In this document: positions 14,240-26,969 of the stretch, piece by piece
Layout of the letters: each line of letters opens with the position of its first letter
Numbering within the stretch: the first letter of the stretch is position 1
NCBI RefSeq assembly: GCF_001194135.2
Contig: NC_068983.1
Location: forward strand, 78,303,639-78,367,638
Origin: Octopus bimaculoides
Lineage: Eukaryota
Direction of reading: 5' to 3'
DNA: 64,000 bases
Notes under the pieces: model-generated
What the model was told of the DNA's origin: nothing
Seen by the model: the letters and a program-made list of their open reading frames with translations, nothing else
Databases searched by the model: none
Translations under genes and position numbers: made by a program

Positions 14240-14385
14240 TACTGATGGTGATGATGACGATGGTGGTGGTGGTGGTGGTGATGATGATGATGATAGTGGT
14301 GGTGGTGGTGGTGGATAATGAATATGATATTGGTGGATAATAATGAATGCTGATGATGGATAATGTTGACGATGATGATGATTAT
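14240..14385. repeat. (GAT)n/(GGT)n microsatellite
   Basis: Direct reading. Confidence 0.9.
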
Positions 14386-14843
14386 ATGTAATGAGAGTTG
14401 GTGATATTTGACATTCATAGAGAAGAAAAAGGGGAAAAAACGATAACCGACAATAATAATTACAGTATAAACCATGAAAAAATTGGTAAGTGTGTCTACA
14501 TTGCATATAACATAGTAAAAATGGGGGTTATATTTCCCACAGAAAACAGGAAAAAAACATGCTAAAAGAATACGAAATATATTTGCATAAGTAGCAATAA
14601 CTGCTAACTCTTTGCAGTTATATGTCATTTGATTCATCTCCTATTTTATATCTGAATATCCCCTCGCATGTATCTGCATTTAAAATCTGTTATTCTCTTT
14701 CATATTTGTGTAAATGAAGTTTGACATTTTAACCAGATTATTTCTCTTCATGTATGCTCATTAATATCATGCATGAATATCTCTTAGAAAACTGATTATC
14801 TCACAAAAGCTGTGTTATCACACCAAAAATAAAACCTATTTAC

Positions 14844-14998
14844 TCAGTAATGGTAGTGTTTGATTAAGATGGGAAGCAGTTGCTAGGAAAGTGTGGATGC
14901 AGAAATATTTGAAAATGAACATGAAAGCTAACAACAAAATCACTGACACATCATGCTTAGGAGATGGATTCACTTCCATTGTTCTAAAGACTTCCTCT
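14844..14998 (-). CDS. Putative 155-nt exon (EEVFRTMEVNPSPKHDVSVILLLAFMFIFKYFCIHTFLATASHLNQTLPLL), phase 2 to 1
   Basis: Acceptor ttcaaccaaacag, donor TGA|GTAAAT. Track ORF 14836..15033 nearly coincides with the exon; phase matches the 20.2 kb exon. Confidence 0.5.
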
Positions 14999-16709
14999 CT
15001 GTTTGGTTGAAATATAGGTGTAAATGGAAACATAAATATATTTACAAAAAGAGAGAAAATGCCATATTGGGATGGAATAAATGATGCTTATTGGTTGAAT
15101 TTTTTACATGCAAAAATGTAGATTTCATTTTTTTTTTTATTAATGTTACAACCTGTGGTCATATATTTTTGGTAAAGCAATCATCATAAAAATACCGTGC
15201 TTTTCTAATGATTTAACCCCAGGGAAATAATACACACGATGAGAATTTTGTTTTTAGCATGCTTAAATTTAAATCAATACCTTGATGACAAATCCTCTGA
15301 TTGATTCCACATGCAAATCAGTAGTAAGTTAAAAATAACATCATCTAACTTCAAATAAATGAAGATTCTTAAACTTGTTTTTAATGAAGGCATTTTCTAA
15401 TGTGTGCTTACAGCAAGTATGAAACCATTTTAACACATTTATATTCTCAATATTATTTGCTGTGAAATATAAAGAGCAGCTGTATTATTTTACATATAAC
15501 TCTCAACAAATTTCCAAAAACACATATTAAATTCTAATTAACCATTTTTTTCTCTCCCCCATCTGAAATGTTATCAATATAACTTGATAGAAACAAATAT
15601 TGGAATATTTTCATTATCGTTATTCTTTTTTTTTTTAACATTTCAATAGATTTTTTTTTATTTTTAGTTCAATAAAATTGCAAATTTATATTATAACATT
15701 CAGCAAGTGAAGGAAAAAAAAAATAGAGATTACGAATGCTAAATATATTATTTTCTTTTCTTATCCTCCAAGAAGGAACTTATCAAAATATATAGTGAAA
15801 ATAATCCCAAGTTTGATTGGCTTTACAATCTTAAATCCATACAAGCATCTTTTTATTACAAGAAAAATACAAATAAACAAGTATTTATCACTTCCAGATA
15901 TTTCTAATTCATGGATAGAATTTCTCATTTACTATAGTACTAAGCAGAGCAGTTGTATATTTTATTTTTGTATTTATTTATTGTTTGTTGAACTCATGAT
16001 GCATATCATGACATGTTGAAGAGATCTTGCTGTAAGATTTTTACTTGTTTGTAAGATTTTTGGTTAGTTGTTTCATTCATAATTTTAGCATTTTCTTGAA
16101 ATAAGATTTCTGATATTTTAAATATATTATTTATTAGCAAATAAACATGTATACAAAACCCTGATGTTACTTAAAGAATTTCCTCTCATGAATATTGATA
16201 ATTTTAAATTGATTACATGTATGGTTACAGGTCCGTTAACTAACATACACATACGAAGCATACATACCTACCTACCTACATACATACATACATGTACACA
16301 TATATGCAAACATGCATGCACACATGTGCACATACACACACACATATACATATGCATATATATATAAGCATACAGGCATATATAAGTTAACAGCCTTGTA
16401 TAAACATGCAACCATAGAAAAATTAATGTACAAAGTACACATATCAGCACAAACTAAAAGAAATATAAATAAACAAAAATGCAATATCGTATCCGTGAAA
16501 GTACAAATATCCACAGAAATAAATAGAAACAGTAGTCTAGATATAAAGTTTCCTACTCCAGTTAGATGAAGTTATATATCTTAGTTTAATTGCATCGTTA
16601 AAATAATTAAGTAAAATTTTGATTAGTTGCACATTACAGTGCAAGTCTAATAAACAGTGACACATACAGTTAAATTCATGTTTACACATATATATATAAG
16701 TGTATATAA

Positions 16710-16754
<45 letters not shown>

Positions 16755-16757
<3 letters not shown>

Positions 16758-17635
16758 TCATCATCATCATCATCATCGTTTAATGTCCGCTTTCCATGCT
16801 AGCATGAGTTGGACGATTTGACTGAGGACTGGTGAACCGGATGGCTGCACCAGGCTCCAATTTGATCTGGCAGAGTTTCTACAGCTGGATGCCCTTCCTA
16901 ACGCCAACCATTCTGAGAGTGTAGGGGGTGTTTTTACGTGCCACCAGCACGAGGGCCAGTCAAGCAGTACTGGCAACAGCCACGCTCAAATGGTGCTATT
17001 TACGTGCAACTGGGATGGAAGCCAGACAGCTGCTCTGGCAATGATCACACTCAGACGGTGCTGTAAGTGCTTCACTGGCACAGGTGCCAGTCATAGAATA
17101 TGGTTCAATTATGATTTCGATTTTACTTGCCTTAACAGGTCTTCGCAAGCAGAGTTTAATGTCCAATGAAGTAAATATACAAATAAGTGAGCTGGCTACA
17201 CTTCTGGCAGAGGTCACGGATTATGGTCTCACTTGGCTTGCCAGGTCTTCTCACGTACTGCATATTTCCAAAGGTCCTGGTCACTGGCCATTGCCTCGGT
17301 GAGGCCTAATGTTCGAAGGTCTTGCCTCACCACCTCATCTCAGGTCTTCCTGGGTCTACCTCTTCCACGGGTTCCCTCAACCGCTAGGGTGTGGCACTTT
17401 TTCATACAGCTATCCTCATACATTCTTGCCACATGACCATACCAGTGCAATCGTCTCTCTTGCACATTGCAACTTACGCTTCTTAGGTTCAACTTTTCTC
17501 GCAAAGTACTTACACTCTGTCGAGTATGTACACTGACATTTCACATCCATCGGTGCATACTGGCTTCATTTCTTGTGAGCTTACATATGTCTTCAGCAGT
17601 CACGGCCCATGTTTCACTGCCATCTAGCATGACGG
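16755..17635 (-). mobile_element. RTE-clade LINE 3' end with (GAT)n tail
   Basis: Minus strand encodes RRLHWYGHVARM...GRGRPRKT; 3' UTR shared with many short copies in the window. Confidence 0.85.
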
Positions 17636-17832
17636 TGTGTGTGTGTATTACAATAAACACAAAATAATAGTGGTAGTTTCCCACCCAACCATGAATCCAT
17701 TTAGTTTATTATTCTAATGAACTTTTATGCCAAAGTCTTCTTCAGCTTCAAATAAAGCCCAAATAAAATAAATTCCAAATAGGCAACAGGTACATTGACA
17801 TTATCAATTGCAAAACTTTTCTTACCTCTTAC

Positions 17833-17892
17833 CAACACCATGAGTCTAGAACAGTGAACTGCTGTGTATCTGCTGTCAACTTGTTGCCTGAC
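17833..17892 (-). CDS. Possible 60-nt exon (SGNKLTADTQQFTVLDSWC in phase 2, or VRQQVDSRYTAVHCSRLMVL in phase 0)
   Basis: Acceptor tttgtttgttag; two tandem GTAAGA donors (exon ending at 17833 or 17826). Confidence 0.35.
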
Positions 17893-17919
17893 CTAACAAA
17901 CAAACCACCCTCTGGGTTT

Positions 17920-18360
17920 ACTAGGATGTACTTTGTGGACTTTTATCGATCTACATATAAATATATCTTGCTGAAAACCTCTGATTTCATAGAGAAGTTG
18001 TTACAATTACTAATTTAGACACCAGAATAATAAACACCATTATGTTAGTATGATATTATAAAGGTACCCACTTATTCAGCAGGATGGTGAAGGTTTGTTC
18101 AATGTTTGCTTTGAGAAGTTTAACCTTTGAATAAGAATGAATCTGAAGTGGCTTATATGATTACCTATCTTTGCTACAGTCAGAGGCTTCACTCACACAG
18201 CCTTGGAGTGTACAGAGATGATGGCTTAGCAGTCATATGCAATATTAACCAACATTCATGATTTAAAGGGTTATTTAAGGAGTAAACTTAACCAGTAACA
18301 CTAGCTTAATAATAGCCAATTTTCTAGATCTAATACAAGATTAAAATACAGGCCTTTGTA
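17920..18360 (+). mobile_element. Penelope-like reverse transcriptase remnant
   Basis: Fragments VDFY(R)S, LGVYRDDGLAVI and ANFLDL in RT order, with stops and frameshifts. Confidence 0.55.
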
Positions 18361-20239
18361 TTTAAATCCTCTATTATATCCTGTGTTACTTATCTCCAGC
18401 AGAAAGTCGCATGAAGACTTTATGTATATCTAAAAAAATTTTTACCTACTGCTCATCTACAATTGGGAATCTTGCAGATGTCTCTGATATATCTTTGGAC
18501 TAGAACATATTTCTCATGACTGTCTCCTACTATAATGATACACCAGCTACAAGATGCTTCAGCATGAAACTTGTATATGTGGAAAAACTCTATTGCACAC
18601 TGGAATAGATCCAAGGTGAGAACATGGCTTAATCGCCATTCGGTTGGATGCTATCATGATCAAAGCCATAAACATTCTAACTTGATTAAGACAACACTTT
18701 TCACTAGCATGCAAGTACAATAAACTTTACTGCATGCACAACATTGAGATTATTGAGCTATTTCTACCTAGGAAACACCACTCTGCAGATCACACACTAC
18801 TATAAAAAATAAACAACCTCACATCCCCATGCCAACACAAATATGTCTGTCAAAATGTTACCATTTGCTGAATCAGATTTTCTTTATCTCTAAAGCAGTT
18901 GTATATCTAACATCCATAACACTTGTGGGTAGTATTGGAAGAGTATTACATACAATTCCTTGTAATCATTTTTCAAGATTGAAACCCCCACAACATTTTT
19001 GGCTCATTTAGGTCAAGGAATAGGAAAATGCCCATATTTATGTCCCAATTCATCAGGAAATGTTCAAACCAAGTCTCTGAATGCAACACAATAACATGGA
19101 GCATAGTCCATAAAACCGTTTTCATACTTCAGTGGATTGAGAAAACACAAGACTTACCGAACAGAAAAGTTCCAGATATTAAAGCAATAAGAGATTTGTC
19201 TTAACCAGAGGTGAGTGGCGTTATTCAACAGTCACCATCAGTGGATATTTATTTTGGACATTTTCCAGGTGTTTAACATCTCAAAGTTCACTAACACAAA
19301 TTTATACATTTCATAAATCAAAACTGGTTTGTTGCTAATTCTTTGCTGGTGTTATTTTTGTTAGTAGAACTATTGTACATGTGTATACCAAGTCAATTTT
19401 GATTGTGTGTTACATGTAAAATATACATACACATGTCTGCAGAAGACCCAGCCATTTACACTATGATACAAGATACACTGTACACATTACTCAAAGAGCC
19501 ACCTCTGCCACACACACAACCACACTGAGTTTGTTTGAGAATAAAAAAAATGATATTGAATGAATTCTCTTTTTGAGGATTTTGTATCACAGTATAAGTG
19601 CCTCACTATTCCCCAGATATGTAGAATACTCTGCCACTCACACAACAAACTGGCATTAATTCAATGTCATTTTCTCCAAATCTATGAATGCCAAAATTAA
19701 TCTGTTTGATTGTGATAGATGTCACATTGTTAGCTTAGTTTTGCCAATGTTAAGAATTATATTCTGCAACAGAACTTCTTACATTCACAACTGATTAGAT
19801 TCACACCACAGGGAATGAGAACTTATATTAGAAGTTGATATTAGAATTTCTGAAAGTAATAAAAATTGTTTTAAATTTTAGTTTTATTTTCTATGAATCT
19901 TAGGTAACATATAACCTATACCAGTGATATGCATCTAACCAACTCTTTATGTGGTACGATCTTAATGGTAAAGTCAAGGAAGAAAATAGTGCCAAGCACT
20001 ACTTTCCTTCCTGACTTGACTTTTCAGGCTCTTCTTCAGACTGATATGTGGTACATTTAATTTGTATATTCTTAAATCAAAAGATAGGTGAAGGTGGAAG
20101 CTTGTTTTAGTGGGTTACATTTTGGGAAGAAATGACTGGATAATTATTATACTGGAGTTTCAGAAGTGAGGTACAGTAAAAGGGATGAGAAAAAGCATAG
20201 ATATTGCGTTAGGCAGGTTTAAATGGTAGTGATGCTTAC

Positions 20240-20460
20240 AAGGATGCTTCGGATACTGACTGAGATACACTGTGCCATGAAATGTACAAAAACAGTGGGG
20301 GTAGGATTGTCTGACTGGAATACTTTATATCATAGAATATGTCTGTTATAATCTTGCTCAATATGCTGAAAATGGCAAGAAATTTTCTTTTATAATAGCT
20401 ACCAACTTTAGAATAAATTGGCATGGTCATAGATAAGACATTCTTGATTACGGGCCTGAT
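20240..20460 (-). CDS. Putative 221-nt exon (IRPVIKNVLSMTMPIYSKVGSYYKRKFLAIFSILSKIITDIFYDIKYSSQTILPPLFLYISWHSVSQSVSEAS), phase 0 to 2
   Basis: Acceptor gttgtttagtcacag, donor CTT|GTAAGC. The 73-codon frame has stops just outside both splice sites. Confidence 0.65.
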
Positions 20461-20972
20461 CTGTGACTAAACAACAGCAACAACATTCAGTTGATTATTC
20501 TTAGGCATTCAGTGTTTAACACCAAAGACAGAATACAAAGCACTGTCCTTGCAGTCAGTTTTATGATACTCCACAAACTCCACAATCCATATACATTTCC
20601 ATTTTTACAAATATTTTAATCACCAAATGTTCTTTCATTAGTCATCAACATGAGTACAAGCATGGTTGTATGATTAAGGAATTTGTTTTACAACCATGTA
20701 ATTCTATGCCTTAGAAGATCTTATGCCTTATTAATTTAATAAAAAAAAAAAATTTAAAAGGCATCAGGGAATTTATCTGAAATATAAAATAGATGAGATA
20801 TCTGAATACTTATGCTTCTAAATTCAAAACCTGTTGAGGTTGAAGTAGTTTTACATTGAAAGGTTTGGGTATTTTACCTGACAATCTAGGGATTATGTGA
20901 ATGAATACTGTTAAATATAGATTATGTACGTTTGTATGCATAAATACATGAATCTAAGCATATCACTGCTGT

Positions 20973-21038
<66 letters not shown>

Positions 21039-21375
21039 AAAGGAGAGAGAGGGGGGAAGAAGGAGAGAGAGGGGGAGAAGGAGAGAGAGGGGGGAGAAGG
21101 AGTGAGAGAAAGAGAGAGTATATATGCTTGGGTGCTTAAATGTATGCATGAATCTGAGCAGAGCAATGCAGTTATGTTAGTGTAGTTGTATATTTACATA
21201 TGAATATTAAAGTATATGTATTTCTATACTAACACTTCCATGGAGTGCCTTGTGGTGTAACCCATTCTTTTGTACAAATACTTTGTGTTTCTATCAAGTA
21301 CTTCTTTTTTATAAATGATATATGAATCATAAATATCTATTTTCATACATATGTGTGTATATATACCTACCTACC

Positions 21376-21443
<68 letters not shown>

Positions 21444-22579
21444 TATGGCTTTCAATCAATGTAAATAGGTTTATTTACTTGTTTCCTGCTATTTATACAT
21501 ATATTTGTTTACATGTATCATTAGCTGTCGGTAATCTGAAATAATTTCAAAAGGAATTGAAAATGAGAACTTGGATTTCTGGAATGAAGTGCAGAATACT
21601 ATTTTTTTTTCACAACTAGGCACAAAACCCATTTGTAAAGGAAAACAGGTAATAATCAATTGACTTGACAGAACATGCCATAACTTGGGGTGATATCTAA
21701 AAATACTTAATAGCAAACCAATATGTGTCTACATAAGAGGCATCAAGCATAAAGGATTAGGTAGAAGTATCAGCAGACTTAATATATCTCCATCTTCCTT
21801 CACAACAATATTTTTGAGAATCAAAAAAATACAAACATGGAAATAGGAAAAAATATAATTCATGATGCAAAGTGTAAAATAAATATAGGTTTAATGGGAT
21901 GTTGGAATTTGAAACTTATGCATAAAAAGATTTTCAATATGATTTTATGCTTTGATTTTATTTTTACTATATTCAAAACATGTTGATGGAGTGAGTTAGG
22001 TGCCTTTATCATGCTGGCAAAGAATATTGTTTCCAGATTCAGAGTCATCCTGATCAAATTCTATAGGCCAGTGAGAAATTTGTTGGCTTTGCAGCTAAAT
22101 AACTCTCTGTATAAATATAAGTTCAAAACACGCTATAGCCATTGTGTTATAGGCAGTTTTTCTTGTTGATGTTTAGCTTCTAGTCAACCCTGGTCTAACA
22201 CTTCTGATCAAAAGTATTCTGATTTTCATCATCCCATCTTTTTCACATGTCCAGAATTACATTGGCTCATGGATCTATTCATATTCATGATGCTAAAATA
22301 TGATTTAAAAGAATTAGATTGATGTTTCCAGCAGATCAAGATTTTATATAGAGAATCTCTCAGTAACACAACCTGTCTCACTGGCTCAATTTGTCTCTTA
22401 TTTACTTAATACTTTTCCATTGATTTCAGGCTCTCTCATTGATTGAAAATTCTTTTATTAGCTTATACATTTAAGAAAAGAATAAAACACTATTTTTCTT
22501 CATCTCTCTCTCACTGAAAGTAGGTACCAACCATACTTCAAGAGTGCATTTTTATTTATTTTCTTATTCATATTATCAT

Positions 22580-22930
22580 TTTTTTTCTTACTTGTTTCAT
22601 TCATTAGACATTGGCCATGCTGGTGTACCATCTTGAAGATTTTTTTTCAGTCAAATGAATCGACACAAGTGCTTATTTTTTGCTAAGCCTGGTACTTATT
22701 CTAAGTTACAGGGATGTAAACACACAGGCACTAGTTGTCAAGAGATACGGGGGTGGGGCACACACACACATATACAATGGGCTTCTTTCAGTTTCCATCT
22801 ACCAAATCCACTCACAAGGCTTTGGTCAGCCCATGGCTATAGCAGAAGACAATTGCCCAAAGTGCCACACAGTAGGAACTATGTGGCTGGGAAGCAAGCT
22901 TCTTACCACATAGCTACACCTGTGCCTATC
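22580..22930 (-). mobile_element. tRNA-SINE copy
   Basis: Reverse complement of the 49831 family. Confidence 0.75.
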
Positions 22931-23651
22931 ATATTGCAATATGTGAACAATAATATTGTTGCTTACAGGTTAAGACATATCAAATGATTTTTTTGGTAAA
23001 GCACTGTTCTTTCATTTTTCTCACAAATGTTTATAACTTATAAGATATTTGCACACTCATAACTACATATAAATTTATATGTACTCCATTTTAAACTCTG
23101 CAATTTTTTCTATATCAGGTGAACACGTCGCCAACTGGTCATCAAGTGGTACTGGGTGGGCGAACCACTAGACAGATTAATGGAGCTCCTCAGAGGTGTC
23201 CAACTTCATAGTGGGCCACCTGTTTCTCAACATTTCCACTCAACTGACAATTCCACCAACACCTTTTGGTTTTCAGCATGACTACTACCATTGCATTCCC
23301 AATTAGGGCTCACTTTTTTCTTTCAAAGGCAACAAAGGTTCACTTTTTCTTTCCAAACCTATACACCTTACAGTCTCAGTTCCCCACCTCAAATCTTCTA
23401 ATCTCATTTTTCTCCCTTCCTCCACCTCATTCATCTCTTCTTTCAGCTTGCTTCTTTGTTCCTACCCCACCATCTTTCATGTGGCTCACCCACACCCACA
23501 CCATCTTCTACTACCCATATCTCACCCTCACACTCACCTATTTCTACATCCTTGCTTTCCTGCTACTCCATACCTCCACACCTTCATACATGCATATACA
23601 CATTTCATCTTTTCTGCCATCTTCCCTCTTGACATCTCATGAGCACCAATG

Positions 23652-23682
<31 letters not shown>

Positions 23683-23704
23683 GATCATCATCTTGCCAAC
23701 ATAT

Positions 23705-24095
23705 GCAGGAATGGCTGTGTGGTAGGAAGTTTTCTTCCCAACCACATGGTTCTGGGTTCAGTCCCACTGTATGGCATTTTGGGCAAGTGTCTGCTACTAT
23801 AACCTTGGACTGACCAAAGCCTTGTGAGTGGGTTTGGTAGATGGAAATTCAAAGAAGCTCAATGTATATGTGTGTGTGTGTGTGTGTGTTTGTGTTTTCC
23901 CTCCTGCCATCTCTTAACAATTGATGCTGATTTGTTCATGTCCCCATAACTTTACAGTTCAGCAAAAGAGAATGACAGAATAAGTACTAAGCTTACAAAG
24001 AATAAGTCCTGGAGTTGATTTCTTGGACTAAAACCCTTCAAGGTGGAGCTCCAGCATGGCTATAATCTAATAACCGAAACTAGTAAAAGAAAATG
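23705..24095 (+). mobile_element. tRNA-SINE copy
   Basis: Homologous to the 49831 family. Confidence 0.75.
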
Positions 24096-24454
24096 AAAGA
24101 ATACCCCCTAGATACCTACTCTTCACCCATGTACACTTTCACACTCACATCTTGCCATTTGCTCACCCTCTTGTCTTCCTGACACATATTCATGTGGCCA
24201 CTAACTTTCAACTTACATGCACACACACACACAGACAAACAAACACACTTGCACAAGAATCCACAGCCACTCTCACACATATATGCATACACTCACTCAC
24301 ACACACACACACACACACATCTCATTCACTCCCACATTTCATGAAATTTCATATTTAGATGCTTTTATTAATTTCATTCAGTTGATCAACATAATTAAAT
24401 CTTGAAATTGAATGGTTTTGATTTACTATCAGGTGGCTTTTGGTTAACCCTGGA

Positions 24455-24770
24455 TATATATATATATATATATATATATAATACAAATAATAAATGAGTA
24501 TATGCATATATACATACATGTATGTACATACTTACATCTACCTGTATATATAGATGCATATCTGGGTACAGGACATTGCAAACAAAGCATAGACAAAATG
24601 ATAAACGAGTACAGAAAACACACAGGCCACATAGAGAACATCTCCTTCATCAGCTCCCCCATTCTAACACAGGCGTTTCGAAAAGTAAAGAGGTATGATA
24701 TGAATATATTTATTTCACCAGTTGATATCCATAAGATTAAGATTATTTCGCAGCCAACATCATAGGACTA
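24455..24770 (-). mobile_element. Short PLE-like terminal repeat family, copy 2
   Basis: Shares gctgatgaagg...ctatgtggcct...tgtacccag with 48545-48898; (TA)n flank. Confidence 0.45.
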
Positions 24771-26187
24771 TACTTTTTACCCTTCTATATTGGTTTACCA
24801 TGTGGTTTGTAGCCTGGTCTACTAAAGGAGGTTTTTTTTGTTAGTACCACCAGATTATATAAATCCATATATTGTGCATTAAATTCATGTGTGTGTATAT
24901 GTGTGTGTGTTTATGAGGGCACATGGCCTAGTGGTTGGGGTGTTGCACTCATGATCCAGCAATTGTGATTTCAATTCCTAGAGCGAGTAGTCTTGTGACC
25001 ATGCAACAGAGGCTCATGTTTGCATATCATCAAGTCTGTTCTTTCTCTGCTCGGATGTCTTCTGAGCTCACTGCTAATGACAAGGTTGCATCTCTGTATT
25101 TCATGTACGATCCATCTGTTAGGCTTCTATACAGTTTCCATCTGCCAAATTTTGCTCAGAAAGTATGGGTCAACCTGAGGATGTAGAAAATGGGCAATTG
25201 CCCAAAGTGCTACAAGCTACAGGATCACACATAGGAACTGCAATTGTCTGCATGTGTATGGTGTAGGCAGTGTGCATGTGGTGTGTTTGCAGCGTGCATG
25301 TGATGTGTGTGTGGTGTGTTTGTGTAGATAGTATGCATGTGGTATGTGTGTGATGGCATGTATGTGTGTTTGTGTTCACATCAGTTAATTTCAATTTAGA
25401 ATGTATAGGCTAAATTGAAAATACGGCAATGAATTACCTAAAGTACTATACCATGTCTTCCAGTCAGAAACCACATAGTTGTAGAGTGAACTTCTTAACC
25501 ATACACCCATACAAGCACCAACGTTGAGAACAAGTAGAGTGTTTAGTGATTAAAAATCATAAGGTTACAAAGCAAACTTAATTACACTGCAGTTTCTGTC
25601 TGCACTCATTCATGCTCTTTCTCTATAATTTTTTACATCACAGCTGAGTGCTATCCTTATTTTCATCATTTTCATTTCTAGTCTTGTTAATTTACTTTAC
25701 TTCCAATAGAAGATATAACAGTAGTTATCACAACTGAAACAATTATGATATTAATAACTATTATTTTAGCTTTAGCATTTATTTCAACTTTAGGTATTAA
25801 TCTCATGTGTATATATACTCTTGATATTATTTGTATGTGCTTTGCAATTCAGTTTATTAACTTCTGAGTATCTTTGAGATTTCTTATCTGGATATAACTG
25901 ATATTTTTTATTAGATGTTTTATCTGTTCAAAGTGGGTTTTGTGAGTGCTTCTAAACTAGGTTTTAATAGCATTTCTATATGGAATTTCTACGCTGCTGG
26001 TTACATGTGCTCAGTTGTATGTCATCTTCAAAATACACTTTGAGCTTATTCTTATAAAATCAATTATTTGGTATCATCCCATAGCATGCTTATTACATGT
26101 AAAGTTTGGTTTCATATAATGATTAAAGGCATAGGTTCCAGATAAAAGAAGAATGGAGAAATCACATTCTCTTTGAATATTCCTTAA

Positions 26188-26743
26188 TTATTATTATTAT
26201 CATTATTATTATTATTATTATGCAGTAGTTTTATTTTTATAGCGTGCTTTCACTTCACTACGGAGCACAGCTGTGTGCCTTGGGTATGTGCTGTGGTTTG
26301 CTGTGATGCTCTTATGGTTACTGTATTGAAAGTGTTTTGCGTAGGATGTGTGCAGTGCCCAGTGGTGCAATTTTCTGTATGTTATATATATTTGTAAGTC
26401 CTGGTGTTTTTGTTATGTATTTGTCTGAATATTTTTTTATCATATCTAAGGCGCCTACTATGATAGGAATTGCTTCTGTTTTTAGATTCCACATTCGAGT
26501 TTCCTCTATTTCTAGGTCTTTGTATTTTGAAAGTTTCTATATTTCTTTTAGGGAAACCTTGTCATCTGCTAGTATTGATACATGAATTAGAAAGCATTTT
26601 TTTTTCATGATCTCTGACAACTATACCTGGCCTATTGGCATTAATTTCTCTATCTGTGTGTATTGGCATATCCCAGAGTATGGTTGCTTTCTCGTTTGCT
26701 GTGACCTTTTCTGGAGTGTGCTGTATTATTATTATTATTATTA
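26188..26743 (-). mobile_element. R4/Dong-like LINE 3' fragment
   Basis: ILWDMPIHTDREINANRPGIVV...IALLGTAHILRK; (TAA)n tracts at both ends. Confidence 0.85.
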
Positions 26744-26969
26744 GTGCTTCTTCTTTCAATTTTGTGTCCATTTCTTGCTAAGTGTCTTCCTGACACCCAG
26801 AGAAAAGAAACTCACTGTATACATTGATAGGCCATTTAAATAAACACACCAGATTATTCATGTACAAAGTCAAGTTATGTGAGGGGAAAAAGAAGAAAAG
26901 GAAAAGAAAAAAGAAATAAAAAGGAAAAAAGAAAAACGGAAAAGAAAAATTTACATTGATTGTAATCAT

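Noticed and set aside
14844-14998. Resemblance of this exon to an ABCG C-terminus or a signal peptide
   Set aside because: No other ABC motifs were found, and in-frame upstream exons argue against a start here; no gene symbol assigned.
15412-15459. 48-nt minus-strand exon candidate (NNIENINVLKWFHTC)
   Set aside because: Good splice signals, but joining it to any acceptor at 14998-14994 creates an immediate stop; not used in the model.
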